Source: Camelus ferus (taxonomy: Eukaryota). From it: 64,000 bases of DNA. The notes beneath the pieces were generated by a model, which worked only from the letters and a program-made list of their open reading frames with translations, did not search any database and was not told the origin of the DNA. The stretch's first letter is position 1. Each line of letters begins with the position of its first letter. The DNA lies in NCBI RefSeq assembly GCF_009834535.1, contig NC_045697.1, positions 83,206,001 to 83,270,000 of the forward strand, given 5' to 3'. The translations under genes were made by a program, and so were the position numbers. This document shows positions 12,380 through 25,880 of this stretch, one piece after another.

Positions 12380-12944
12380 TACCCTTTGTTTTCTGTTTAT
12401 CTTATTTGATATTCTCTGAGCTTCCTAGATCTGTAGTCTGGTATCTTTCACTAATTTTGAAAAGTTCTCAGCCATTATTACTTCAAATATTTATTTTGCC
12501 TTGTTCTCTCTCTTTTTCTCCTTCTAGAATTCAATTTTGTGTATGGTGCACCTTTGGATACTATCCCACACATTCTGGGTGTGCTGTTGAGCTTGCTTTT
12601 ATTTATTTATTTTTCTTTCTATGTTTCAGTTTGAGAAATTTCTATTGAGCTGTCTTCAAGTTCACTGATTATTTCCTCAGCTCTGTGGAGTCTAGTACCT
12701 GTCAAAGGCATTTGTGTTACTATTTTTTTTTTCTTATTTCTAGCATTTTCTGTTGGTTCTTTCTTATACTTTCCATCTCTCTGTACTACCCACCTGGTCT
12801 TGCATGTTATCTAACTTTCCCATTAGAGACCTTTACATATTAACCATAGCTGTGCTAAATTCCTTGTCTGATCATTCCAACACCTGTGTCTTTTCTGAGT
12901 ACAGTTCTGAAGCTTGCTTTGGGTCCTCAAAATGTTTTTTGTTT

Positions 12945-12980
<36 letters not shown>

Positions 12981-14100
12981 CTTTTAGCTTATGTTGGAAT
13001 TTTTTGTTGAAAGCTGGACGTGTTGTATTAGATACTCAAATAAATAGGACTTTTAGTACGAGGCTTTATGTTAACATGGCTAGGAGCTAGGTTGTGTTTA
13101 CAGTTTGTTATAGCTATTAGGTACCAGACATGTCAAATTCTTCTAGTGTTCTTGTCTTTGTCTCTTGACTTGAGATTTTAGGCTTCTCCTTATACAGCTC
13201 CTCAGAGACTGTCTGTGTCTTGCAGTTCTTTCTGTTGTCATCCACTCTTAAACTGGAAGTTTTGGTGTGATGATGGGGCATGGGGAAGAGGGCGCATTCT
13301 ATATCATTCTAGTTAAGACTCAGTCTTTTAATGGGCCAGTGTCTTGAGGGTGTGGTCTTTACAAGTATTTCTGTCCCTCCTCCAGGGGGAAACCTTGTTT
13401 TCTCCCTCCCCCTTACACTCTTCCCTGGCTATAGTATTCCCAATATACTTTCTTAAAAACATCTTCCCTCTTAAGTTTGATTTTTTGTTTATTTCTTTTG
13501 AATGATTTTTGTTGTTCTTACACATTTGTTTTTCCCCTAAGTGATACAGAAAAGCTGAAGCTGGAGTGAAATTGCTTTCCCTTAACTGCGATACATTTTC
13601 AGAATTGCCCTCTGGCAAATTCATTCCCCCTGGAGACTAGGCTTTGTAGGGAAAAAAGTCTGAGCAAGTTTCAAGGTGGCTGTGATAGCCCTCCTCCAGC
13701 CAGGGCCAGGAGAAGCTTTTTCTCAGAGGCTCACTGGCTAACCTGCTGGGGGTCCTGGTGTAAAAGCCTAATAAGGGTGGGACCCACCTATGACAGAAAC
13801 CTTTGGGAGTTTTTTGCTCCTATGTTAGCCCACACAGCCTCAGCAATTCATCAAAATAACCACTTAACTTTTCCCACCATCTTTTAAATTCCAAAGGCTT
13901 CTGCTCCAGGTCAGTCAATCTCAGGAGTTGTTTCTCTCCTGGTGCCTGACTCTCTAGCATTTAGGGTGACCATTTGCCCAAAGATCAGCTCTCCTATGGG
14001 TCTAAGAAAAGCTGACTTTCAGTTTGCCCTACTTTTTATTGTTGTAAGAGTAAGAGTAACAATTTCTAAGCTTGTCAGAACTGAACTAGAAATCTCATCT
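12380..14100 (-). mobile_element. Old L1 (L1M) 5' region/ORF1 start
   Basis: tattctctgagcttcctagatctg, gaaagttctcagccattattacttcaaatattt and tcttcaagttcactgattatttcctcagct are antisense L1M ORF1/5' tracts. Contains a T-run at 12947-12978. Confidence 0.8.
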
Positions 14101-14104
14101 CCTT

Positions 14105-14589
14105 CGTTTTTGTTTGTGTCCCTACATCTGTCTCCTGCTTTTCTAACAGTCTTTTTTAAGTGTTCAATTGGATCAAACTATGGAGATGAACAAGGAATTA
14201 TTTGGAAAGTGTTATTTTCAATCCCCCTAGTTAGTTTAGTGAGTTATGAAATGGCTAAATGCAAAGTACTGATTCACAAATTCCTCAAGCTTTACAAGGA
14301 GGATAGGAAATTTTAGTATGATTGTCCTAATGAGGAATGAATGGGAACCCTGTTGATCATGACCTTAGTCTCATCAGGACTTTGAAAGCAGTTCTTGTGG
14401 CCTTTATATTTAAAGTTTCTCAATTAGAAATAGTGATATCAGTCTAGGAAGGAACAAATGCTCTGATCCATAGCAGGCGAGAAGGATAAGATTCTGAGTC
14501 AGGTACTTTGTGATAGCTGATCTCACCAGCATTAGACTCAAGAGAGAGGAGATCTTCAGACACAGACTACTATTGCCAATCCTATCCCA
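14105..14589 (-). pseudogene. Relic exon: central part of SAMD3-like domain 1
   Basis: Acceptor tatttctttttcag|. QELLSKS../ETKVMINRVPI/LIRTIILKFPILLVKLEEFVNQYFAFS (core 14296-14331) versus SAMD3 MSQTLEIRRKMI...LKDILKLFPFLKCPYQMFREF. Confidence 0.6.
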
Positions 14590-15246
14590 CTGAAAAAGAA
14601 ATACCCTAGACAATTCAATTTTTTTCTCTTCCCCAAAAGAGCACAGTCATGGGTTTTTGATATTTTATTTTTTGTTACATGTGGCATATGCTTTGCTGTT
14701 ATAGCATTTTAAAATTAGAATTATTTCTTATAGTATAGCTTAGACGAGACTTTGTATATATTTACTATATAAAGCACATGTCTAAATTGCACTTAAATTA
14801 TTCACTACTCTGGAAAATGGAAATCCTTTAACTACTTAACTGGTATGTGCAAAATCCATAAAACCAACTGCTGTAACTCAAAGTTGCTACGAGATATAAA
14901 AGCAACTGCTAAATATTTTTGTTTTAAAAAATGTAAGTTTGTATTGCAATTTTATTACATAAATTTTACATTCAAAATTTTGAAATTGGATCATCAGTTT
15001 ATACTGTACAAGCTAAATGTATGGAGCAAGCATTTATGATTAAATAGAAACCCCACCCCTCACCCAAACCACAGAGCAGAGGATTACTTACAAACTAAGT
15101 CTTAGCTTAGTAGCTATTAGGGATGTCTGCAGCATCCAATGCCTAAATCCACAAACAGCACTTTATGTCTTCTAAATCATGTACAAAATTTTAGTCTAAT
15201 GAATAATATGTGTAAGAAGATTGAAAAGAATTCAGATCCAGCTTAC

Positions 15247-15374
15247 CAGTATGTTTCCATCTTGCTCTGAAGAAGATTAACATGGATGCTCTGCTTCAAT
15301 TCTTGGCTGGTTCAAGGCTGGTAGTTAGCATCAGTGGAGGTCTCTTCACAAATGGTCCTTTAACTCCCTGCCAC
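15247..15374 (-). other. Candidate exon (128 nt), no open frame
   Basis: Acceptor ctcttcctagtgaacag| and donor ctg|gtaagc. Stops in all three frames. Confidence 0.35.
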
Positions 15375-15956
15375 CTGTTCACTAGGAAGAGAATTTATAG
15401 ATCAATATATTAATCAATAGATTAATCATCAGCTACTAAACAGATGGGAGCAATTTTTAGTTACTATCAACTGAATCAGATTTGAAGCAGCAACTTAACT
15501 GTAAAAATCCTCTGTCTTCTTTGTTCTTCACATGCATTAATTCATTATTTTTTTAGTAAAAGATACATAGCTCTGGAAATTTTCACTTTGTTTAACAAGC
15601 TTCTCATGTTCCATGAGTTCTTCATTGATTCAAATGTACAGTCACCCTTATAAAACTAAAATCTTTTAGTAGTAAACTAAAAGTATGACGGAATAAAAAG
15701 AACTTTTGCAACAAAGTAGTTTTTCTCTAACTGCTTAGTAGACAATTTGCCTAGAGTCCAATCATTTACCATCACTAAACAAAATATGGTAAAACAAACA
15801 AACAAAAAACTTTATCCCTGCTTCTCATTTCCATGACAAAATGCTGCACTGGAAACTTTTGTTTGTAAGTTTCAGTTTGCAACTATAAAGGTAGCATTCA
15901 ATGCAGGACCCGAATATATAGTGGGGATTAAAAAACTATTAGGATTCATCCGATTA

Positions 15957-16605
15957 TACTCAATCGTTATGATTTGCAAATTCCCTATTTGTGAATTCAC
16001 CTACTTGCTAAAATGTATTTGTAACCTGAAAATGAATACTCAAGGTGCTTTAAGATCATTTCTGGACATGCACAGAGCTGTAAAAAATTTGAATCACCTG
16101 ACCCATACTTTCCTGGCTGAGATCAAACAACGTGCTGCCCTTCCTAGTTGTTTCAGCTCTCATAGTACAAACAAGTGTCCTCTTGTGGTCTGTTTAGAGC
16201 CATGTTTTCCACATTTTTGAGGGTTTTGTTGGCGATGTTGCTGTTTAAAACGGCCCCCAAGCACAGTGCTGAAATGCTGCCTGGCGTTCCTAAGCTCCAG
16301 AAGACTGTGACGTGCCTTATGGAGAAAACACATGTGGGATGAGCTGCACTTGGGCATGAGTTACAGTGCTGCGGGCTGTGAGTTCGGTGTTCAAGAATCA
16401 ATAGCATACGTTAAACAAATGGTATTTAAACAGAAATACACACAAAATGAGATTGTGTATTGATCAGTTGATGTAATTTATATGAGCAGAAGCTGCAGGA
16501 ACCTAACCCTGTATTTCTTCTAGGAGCAGTGGTTCAATAGTAATTAATTCAGGGTTCAGAGTGATTTTTTAAAGCTTAACTACTGCAAACAATGAGAGCC
16601 GACCA
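15957..16605 (+). mobile_element. MER82-like TcMar-Tigger element
   Basis: gaattcacctacttgctaaaatgtatttgtaacc, cggcccccaagcacagtgctgaaatgctg and gcaggaacctaaccctgtattt follow recalled MER82 consensus over ~650 bp. Confidence 0.85.
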
Positions 16606-17130
16606 TACCTATTTTCAGACTACTGACATCACACTCAAGTAGATTCTAACCTTTCTAATGTAAGGGATTATAGGGTTGTTGATAAATACTAAAGTGAAAT
16701 AAACGCTAATTCAGAAAGGTGACCTACTCATGACATAGGCATCTGTAGCATGGGCAATTCTGCATTTTTCTTGGACTATCATTCATTTGACAGGAAGTGA
16801 TTATTTATTTACATAAATTATTACATAACTGCATTTTTTACTTCAAACAAAGGTCTTGTAATACATACTTTACAAAGATTATTATGAATCTGTTCACAAA
16901 GAATTTGGCTCTATAATCAACATTATTTCCTTAACTATATATTTTTGCATAAAGACTTCTCTAGAAACCCTAATATAAACACTGAAAACCACACCATGAC
17001 AGAAAATGTCTTGAAGCACAGATAAATAGGAAGGGTGCTGAGGGAATTATTGTCTCCAGTGTTTATAAAAGTCCTGTTCCTAACATCCACTTAGGTCAGA
17101 GAGGAAAATAAAAATCAGTTATGACCTTAC

Positions 17131-17241
17131 CGTATAAAGGAGTGGGCACCACTTTCTCCCCCTTCAGTGAAACTTCAATTCTTTGATTGAGGCCAACATG
17201 GTGCTTTCAGAATTATGTGAACATTTTTTGTTTTTTAACTG
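17131..17241 (-). other. Candidate exon (111 nt) of the relic gene
   Basis: Acceptor gatttgcatttcag| and donor acg|gtaagg. Length is a multiple of 3, but each frame has a stop. Confidence 0.45.
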
Positions 17242-17699
17242 CTGAAATGCAAATCACATTTAGAGTCTCCACCTTTTGCATTAGCAAACATAAAATTATT
17301 TTAGCTGATACAATTTTTGAAACTTTCTTAGTACATTTGTAAATTAATAATTTTGTCTTGAATCGAAAAGAAAAAAATCAGCAATTTGAGATACATTTGG
17401 AACAATGTCAAAATCTGTAAGATTTTAGACCATTTCTTAAAATAAGACAAATGTCTCCTGCCGCCCCAAACTGAGGTCAGACACACTTTCCTAACAACCT
17501 TGAAATCTTCTACCATGAATACTTACTGACACTTCAAGAGGAGTCCTGTTGTACTAGTGGTAGATTTTAAACCAGTCTGCCAGTGCACTTTTACTTGAAC
17601 TCAGTTGGGAGTCTCGAAAGATATAATCAGTAACTGCACTATAATTGAATTGCAAAAAATGAAAGAAATACACTGAATAACAAAATTTGATCAGAAAGA

Positions 17700-18753
17700 G
17701 TTCTTTTCAGGGAAAACTTTTTATTTTAGAGGATGATGGAAAATGAAGCTTCTGTAAGGCCTTGATTATTTTTAATCACATTAGCAATCTGGAAGCCCTG
17801 CGTCTCAATGCAGAGAATGCCTTGGGCTTCCCCAAGAAGAGATTATATTGATTTCTGCATCAAGCTCTGAACAGATGGATGAGGGTCATAGTACATTATG
17901 CCAGAAATCAATGCCATTTGACTCCAGTGCTTTCCAAGCAATAAATATTCTGTTGTAACTGATGTGGTTATTTTAGCATCTTTTATGTTTATATTCTAAA
18001 CACCAAGCCAAACTATTAAATACTCTATAAATTCTATTCCCAAAATAAATTGAAAGGGATTTTTTTTTTTTTATAAAAAAGGCAGAGCTGTCAGTATCAA
18101 TACAGAAATTATAAAAACCCTTTCATTATTCCCATCAGGAATTCCAGCTCAAGAGTACTGCAGTAAAAATACCTAAGAAAACCTCTGGACAATGACATCA
18201 GGAAATGTTCCAGACAAAATCATATCTGATGTGCAATCCATCTGGTGTTTGCCTGAAAGCAAACTTCAGAGAGAACCAGACGATAGTCCAGCCGCTTTCT
18301 CCAGGGGCACCCAAAGGAACGTCTGCGCCCTCCCCTGTTACATCCATGCTTGAGTGAATCTTTTATTCAGGCCTGATTTCTGTGAACAGGAATCAGAGAT
18401 CTTTGATTTACGGTATTTTAACTTCTGACCCCATATGAGACTGATAGATTTTAGTCTCTATTCGTGTAAGGCTCAATAAATGTCTTCCTTGTTAATAACC
18501 ATGCTTAGGAAAGAAGTCTTCTCTTAGCAAAGAGAGTTCCTCCAGGCATTTTTGTTTTATTCTTTGAAAACTTTCAAATGAAAGTGCCTCTTTTGAGATG
18601 ACGAAATTCCTCAGAGTTACCTGTGACTTTCTATTTCCATTCTCTTGCTCCCTCACCTTTGAAATAATGGAAGAGCCGGTATCTGAGTCCTAGCATGCAC
18701 TGTCTCCTTTAAACACCTTGGGAACTCTTGAACTCCTCAAAATGCATCATATG
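17700..18753 (-). pseudogene. Relic segment(s): N-terminal part of SAMD3-like domain 1
   Basis: Strong acceptor ttcccgtttgtttttcag|. VQEFPRCLKETV, QKEALSFESFQRIKQKCLEELSLLREDFFPKHGY and IKDL*FLFTEIRP..RRRSFG parallel SAMD3 LPEFPYDVK, QK...RI......LYPS..Y and LKDRFKYVRRP..KFG. A second YDPHPS..SLL..GF tract lies near 17800-17900. Confidence 0.5.
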
Positions 18754-19049
18754 CTGAAAAACAAACGGGAACAGAAAATATTTTGAATGACATTTAGATA
18801 GAAAAGGACTAGAGGAATTACTGCCAGACTACATTTTATATATTTTATTTTATACGATTGTAAGTCACTAACATCTACACTCTTAGGAAGCTTAGGTCTA
18901 AAAGTCTATTCAAATAACCATAAAGACTCAAAATCAAAACAAAAAAACACACTATATGAGCTTCTGCCAATCTCTGGTTTGCAAATGAGGAATTTGTGTG
19001 AAGTATTTAAAGCACGCTTACAATGCAAAATATGCTTGGTTAATAATCA

Positions 19050-19265
19050 AACTGGTAGCAAATATGTATAGGGCACATTTGAAGCAGGTACTTTCTAAGT
19101 CCTTTACAGAAATAATGTCATTTATTCTGTGAAGGTAATTTTACCATAAATACCACTAGTCTACAGATGTTACAACTGGGACCCAACAGGGTCAAATAAT
19201 TTGTCTAACTGTGACCACAACCGTGTGTGGTTAGAAATGGGATCCCTTTTGAACATAGGTGCTTT
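19050..19265 (-). mobile_element. MIR fragment
   Basis: ctacagatgttacaactgggacccaacagggtcaaataatttgtctaa matches the MIR core in antisense. Confidence 0.6.
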
Positions 19266-19269
19266 CAAA

Positions 19270-21761
19270 ACTGAACGATTAAATAGACATAAATTACACC
19301 CTGTAGGTTTAAATTTTCAGTCTCAAAGATGATCTAACATTATGTGAATTAATGCATCGAAATATGGATAATCTTTTGTAATTCCCACCAGATGCTGGAA
19401 TCCCCTGAATAATGTCTTTGAATCCTTGCAATTTTTATAAATCCCAATGCTGTTTATTTCTACAAAGTCCATCCTTATACACTCCAAATCAGAATAACTT
19501 TGCTTATTTTTCCAAACTTTTACAGAAGAATCCCAGTTCTGTTTGACACTACTTGATCTTCAGTGTTCTCGCCGAGATGTGTTCCACTGACAGGGCACGT
19601 CAGCGTCTCCTCTGCAGCTCTTGAAGTCACTAGATCCCCAGGATGATAGATGGCACTTATGTGCCCGAGAAGAAAATGTCAAGCTACTCCTTCATCGTCA
19701 GAACTGTCAGAAATTGCTGAAGTTGAATCTAAGGGCTTGGCTTACAGTGAATGAGCTCGTTAAAACACCCCTTTCACACTCCCGAGCTCGAGATCACACC
19801 CGGGGCTTGCTGCCCTGTCCTCTCCCTGCTAGTGTGCTCAGCAAAAACTTGGGGAGTCACAGCACTACAAAGGCTGAAAATGGGGTGTAAGAGTACAAAG
19901 GCCTGGGGAAAAAGGTTATGCTGTTTCTCTACAGAGGAAGGAGAAAGCTGAAATTGCAATAAATAGTCCTATTAGAAAGAAGATAGTGCCTACGGGGACT
20001 TCATTTGATAAACAGGATAGGAAAAAGAGTACACAATAATGCTTGCATTCATGTCTCAGCTCATCAGCACAGCGCCACTGTGTGTTAGACAGTTACGCTT
20101 CCTACCCCGGATTTCATACTGAGGGGGACATTCTCTTTCTGTTATTCTTTGTTATTATAGTGATAAAATAAACTCTATTGTTGTGAATAAACAGTGACAA
20201 CAGTATATCTGCTAGAAACACAATGACTGAGAAAGTCTCTAATCCAATAGAGACAAATTATGACTAAGGTAGCAATAGAAATAGCAGTATTAGTATGGGT
20301 GGTTATTCTGAAACTTGACCTATGAACCAAAATTAGCCTATGAACCAAAACATTTCCTTAAAAAGATTTCCATTTAGTTTTTGCCAGTTGTTTGGTTGTT
20401 GTTTTGTTTTAACTTAGGAAAATGTGTAATCAGATAAGTCAGGGAGAGACTTATGTCTGATCTTGACAGAGATGCTGGCTGGCCTCAGCATGCTGGTTTA
20501 CACTGAAATGAGTCTTTGAAGTATCACCAAATGAAATGAGCTGAACTCTTGACATCAAATGCGTACGCTGTGATATTTCAAATAGTTTATAATAGGACAT
20601 TAAAAAGTGTGTTTTTCCAGAATTTCTTAAGGACATTCTTTGATTTTTCCCCTAATTTTGCATTATTTCCCAATGTGTTTTCCATTCAGCATTTATTTTT
20701 TCCAAGTCCAAATATTTTAAAAATTATGTGATTATAAAGAACCTTTTAACTTGAAATCTGCACTGTTAGTTGTGAACATAATTGTATAGGATATAATTAT
20801 TAACCAAGTTCTTAATTCCTTTCTATAAAAATTCTAGATGATTACAAGGAAATAGACTTACAAGGAAATAGATTACAAGGAAAAAGTAAATAGACTATAG
20901 ACTGGTTTTTAGTGTTGATTATTTTAAAAGGGTATAAGACCTTACATAACTGGTATTTATCTGTTTCATGTCTAGTTTTATGACATGTCAGTGCTTAAGA
21001 AGGAACTAATCTTTATGAAAATATCATTGTGTTGTGTCTGTTTTGGTGTTACAGTCGTCTTCAACTCTGCCTCACTGTTACCCTCAAATGCTTCCTTCAA
21101 AACCAAGCTTAGGACTCTGTTCTGGTTCCCTAAACAAATTATCACCTAACATGCAGATAACTATTTTATTCTCAGATCTTCTCTTTGTAATAAATTGCTG
21201 CAAGTCCTGGATTAGCTGCTTTACGACATTTTCCACATTACTTCAAGAATGCATGTTAATATGATCAGAAAGAACAAATAACACATATTTTTAAATTATG
21301 CTGTATCTGTCCCACAGTAACATGCTGTGCCTCAGGGAGTCAGAACACAATGAGTGTTCTTTAAATAACAAAAATATATTTTCTGCCAGTGACACGCTGG
21401 TTAGAATTTTTCTGAATCAATCACTTCCCCCAAGAAATCAGAAACTCATCAATGCAAGAGATATATCCCAGGGAGAAATATGACAGTTCTGAAGAGAAAA
21501 ACAATATGGTGATTAACAGTCTGAAAATCTTCCCTGAAGCTGAATCGCCCCTTCTTATTAACCAGATCTGGATGATCACAGCAAAAATCAGTTTGGGCCT
21601 AAAGATTTTGATCTCCCTGCAGCCCAGAAATCCATTTAGCAGGGCAAGGGCATGCCTCCTGGGTGCCTTGATGTAGCAAAAACACTGAATCAATTGTTTC
21701 ACTTCTGTCTGATGTGGTCACAGTCCTAGAGCTGTGGACAAAGGGGGCGTCTGCTTTCTTT
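19270..21761 (-). pseudogene. Degraded CMC/EnSpm-like DDE transposase core, copy B
   Basis: Collinear motifs: PPLSTALG..FCYI; DSASGKIF..FFS; IDEF (D at 21448-21450); YIFVI*RTL; VVKQLIQDLQQF; ICMLGDNL (GDNL 21135-21146); LGFEGS; YFHKD*FLLK; WEIMQN; LMSRVQLISFG; NCLTHSGAVLMS*/RHECKHY (20036-20056); MDFVEINS..GITKDYPYFDALIHI. Acceptor tttgttcag| at 21762. Probable intron ~20760-20945. Confidence 0.75.
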
Positions 21762-22199
21762 CTGAACAAATATCATTCCTTTGATGGTAAAGAAGCACAT
21801 ACCACATTTCTTTTTCTATATTCTATCTACCTATTAACAGTGCTATGAGATAAAATGGCAGATTGGGAAATAATGGTGTGAAACTGAATCCGCACAGAGT
21901 TCATCTTCAACTTACTCTCATTGTAATTTATAGTTAGAGATTATTTTCTCTTCTCTTCAATAATTTCCTCAAACTCAAAAACATGTTAATCATATTTTCG
22001 TTCTAACTCAGTTTTATTACTTATAATAATTGTGATAAGGAGTAGGACCATATTTTTCCAAATTAGGAAGAGACAAGAATTTACATGCCAAATGTAAAAA
22101 TTAAACTGAAAAAAATGAAATAATTTGGGCAATAATTAAAAATACATACTGGGAGTTGAGATTCTGGTTTGGATATATAAGGTTTGGCAGGCCATTACT

Positions 22200-24330
22200 T
22201 CATTGTAAAAAACTAGAAAAGGATATATTAGAACAGAATTTTTTAAGGCACCTATGAATTTTACGTGCAAGAGTCTAAAATAACTAGTGCTCAGAAAATT
22301 AACAAAAATTGGCAGCTTCTTAGCTCCGTGGGATATTTTCTAAATATAGGTGGGAAACTGTGCCTGTCATTGGTAGAGGAACTCTTGAGGGGTAAAAGAA
22401 ACCAAGCAGGGACTTTAAGGGCCACCTAGTCTGATATGGTAAATAGGAATCTGGAGGGCAACCAAACTCAAGACTTATTCTCCCTGTTCGCTGATTCTCT
22501 GCCCTAGACTTTAGCTGAGTAATGTGCCAACGTGAGACGGAAAAGCAGATAGATATCACTCTCCCAGTGCTGAGATCCCAAAGCCCTGCATGTTGCAATA
22601 CATACAGGACAAAGATTGCCATCATGGTTTTGGAATTTCAGAAGGAAAATAAATTTTGATATCAAGTTATTAGAAACCAGACATGAGCCAAAATGAAGTA
22701 AAGTTGCAACTAATCCCCAAGTCAGATAAATTCCTGTTTGAAGTGATCTGGCCTTTATCCTAGCTGCCTAATAGAGAAATGCTCGCCCTTTCTAGGGAAA
22801 AATGATGTCCTCCATGGGCTTGCTGGCTTGTTTATATACAATGTCCAGTGTACATAAAACATTTCAAGATATGCAAAGAAAACATAAGGGACAGAAGGGT
22901 CAGCTGATGCAAAACACAGATCAGATGTAGGGATTTAAAACTGCGTACTTAAATTACCAATTATTAGCATGAAGAGATGGAGAATTTAAACAGAAATGAA
23001 ACTTTGGATATCCTAAAACATTTACGTGTATGGATAAAATCTATTCTAAAGCATTTACAATAATGTAAATTAAGAATGTATCAGATGAGTTTAGTGGTAT
23101 ACTGGACACAGCAGAAGAAAGGATCAGGAAACTACGTGTCAGTAGAAATTACACAAAGTGGAGCACAGAGAAAAAAATAATAAGAGGAAAAAACAGAACT
23201 GAATATGAGAGACAAAGGGACAACATATATGATTTATGTGAAACTGAGCCATCATAGAAAGATGAGGGAAAAAAGAAGCAGAAAAATATTAGAGAAGATG
23301 ATGGCTAAAATGCTGCCAATACATATACAAGAATCTCAGGAAAACCCAACCTAACTAATAAATTTAAGTCATCAAAATCAAAATATTTCACTCATCAAGA
23401 AACATTATTAAGAGAGTGAAAAGGCAAGAAACAGGTTGAGAGAAAATATTTGCAATACATATATCTGACCAAGACTTAAATCCAGAACAGAAAAAAGAAT
23501 TTCAGTAAGTCAGAAAAAGATAACTTAATGTGAAACATGGTCAAAAACTTTAACAGACATGAAAAAAAAACCAATATGCTGAATAATCATTTTATATGTA
23601 TATATAAATATATATATATTTTAGCATCATTATCATAAAAATACAAATGAAAATTGCAATGAAATAATACTACATACTTACTAGAAAGGATAAAATTAAA
23701 AACTGACAATAGCAAATGTTAGTAAGGATGCAGAGACAATGAATCTGTCCCTCACTCTGGGAGGAATATAAAATGATAGAACTATCTGGGAAAAACACAT
23801 TTTCTACTAAAGTTGAACACACCTCTAACCTTAACCTAGCCGTTCCACTGTTAGGTATATGCTTAACAGAAATTAATACATTTGTCTACAAAAACAGCTG
23901 CATAACAAAATTAACACTGGTCTTATGATAATATCCAAGATTCAACTCAAAAACCCATCAAAAGAGAATGGAACAAGAAGAGCTGTTATGAATAAAGTGA
24001 GAGAGAGAGAGAAATACTAACACCAATAAAATGAATGAACTATTAGTACACACAACAAAATGGATGGATTTCAAAAATATGTTGAGTGAAAGAAGTCAAA
24101 CAAAAAGGAATGTGTGCTGTATATCAAGTATATGAAATACAAAATAGAACTAAGTTAAATTGAAAAGTGGTTAATTCTGGAGACAGGAGACAGAATTGTG
24201 AGTTATTGAATGGGAAAGAACACATGGGAATTTTCTGAGGTGAAGGACATTTTCTATATCTTCTCTGAGTGGTAGTTATATGGTATATGCCTATGTTATA
24301 ACTGATAGAATATTTTACTAAAATTTATAA
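22200..24330 (+). mobile_element. Old L1 (L1M/L1ME) fragments: ORF1, ORF2 end, 3'UTR
   Basis: actggacacagcagaagaaaggatcag, gagaaaatatttgcaatacatatatctgac, aaaactgacaatagcaaatgttagtaaggatgcagag, atgttgagtgaaagaagtcaaac. Confidence 0.8.
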
Positions 24331-25668
24331 ATTTAACTCACAATAAAATACATTCCAACTATTTTAAAAATTAGTTAATACTTGAGAATCAGAAACTTGG
24401 GAAAATAGGACAATTATAAATTAATGTTTGAATATTAATATATACCATTAAAAGTTAAGACAGGGATATCCACTTTGGTTTAAACTTGTTGATAATCAAG
24501 ACACTGCAATATGCTCAGGAAAATCTACATTTTATTCTTTGTTGTAACTAATTCAGAGTCTATTTTTTTATGCTTTCAGGTAGAAGGAGAAATTGATCTA
24601 AGATAAAGAAAATTACTCGATTTCTAAATTTTAATAGTTTTATCATTTGAGCAAAGTTTTCAGTGATGTAAAAATAATAAGTTCCTGGAAGTGGAATAAT
24701 ATTGATAATAGGAGGTTCTTGAAGACAAGATGTTATATAAATATTATAATTTTAGTTGTTTTTACTTTACTATATATTACAATCAGCCATTTAAACAAAA
24801 ACATATACTGATCAAAGTCCATTTATATTTATCATAACAAAATGGCCCACCCCACTGGCAACGGCTTCAGGGTTTCTAGAAAGTCATGCATTAGAAAAAT
24901 TCACAGTAATCATAGTATGTAGATATTAATTAATCAAAAATGTAAAAATATTTTAGAGATTGTCTAAGTGATTATAGCTAAGCTGAAATTTGACTATGGA
25001 CTTAATGAAATAATTAATCTTCCAAACTTGAGCAATCAGAAATAGGATGCCAGAGATGTATGATTCTTAAACTTAGAAATAAGACAAAAAACTTAAAAGT
25101 CTATCTTCGCAAATTATGAAACTGGCTAGAGTTTCCCCCATAATTCTTTATTTGTGCAAATTTTTCTTAGTTTCATTATCATTACTTTCTCTAAGATGTT
25201 TTTTAAAGAATAATGAGTCTTCATTTACTAATTTTAAAGTATTAATAAAATTGCTACCTAGAACTTTTTAAAATAATAGAAAGTATTTCAAAAAGTTTAA
25301 AATGTATAATTTAAAATTTAAATTTATAACTTAAAATCCACACTTAAGTGATTATTTCTTTTTCCTCTTTTTGCTTTGCTCTCTTAGGAAATGAATCATT
25401 TAAAAATCCCTCTCAACCATTGAAAAGGAATGTGACTAATTTTAAACCTAATTTTCAGAAATGAAAAAAGGAGTAAGACAGACAGTAGAATAAAAAAGTA
25501 ATTCTTTCAAAGGCTTAAATCTACAATACAAAGTCATACACTAAAGATAGTTTGCTTCTGCCATATTCAAATACTGGACATCAAATTCATGACAGAAAAA
25601 TGTCATAAAAGAAGCTTAGAAAATTATGGAAAAAATACTACGAAATAATCTAGAAGAAAATATTTTAC

Positions 25669-25880
25669 ATGTCTAATGAAACACATTTATATTAACATTG
25701 ACTTTCAATAAAAGGATCATATACAAAAGAAATATCTTCAAACTGAGATCTCTGTATACCCACAAATATTTCCTAGAACAGATGATAAAGAAGAACCCAG
25801 ACTGACATGTTCCAAAGAGCTGTGACATCTCTAATCACTTTGGAGAGGCAATTGTTCTCTTAGTGATGATCAGGAGACAG
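25669..25880 (-). pseudogene. Relic exon: helical N-terminal domain of transposase B
   Basis: NNCLSKVIRDVTALWN...FEDISFVYDPFIESQC*YKC resembles ..TV..IV..M.EL...L.NPF..L.TEYKR. Followed by donor cat|gtaaaa. Confidence 0.55.

Noticed and set aside
20451..20636. vWA-domain exon (RVQLISFGDTSKTHF)
   Set aside because: No MIDAS motif. It fits the L.SRI..F.YG segment of the transposase in the correct order between flanking motifs.
20838..20885. CRISPR-like or functional repeat (3x gattacaaggaaata)
   Set aside because: Simple tandem slippage with no spacers, in eukaryotic DNA.
21735..21752. CTCF site (aagggggcgtc)
   Set aside because: The 5' half does not match the consensus.
25388..25870. Plus-strand exon after a strong acceptor
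   Set aside because: Stops in all frames. The minus-strand reading fits the transposase helical domain.
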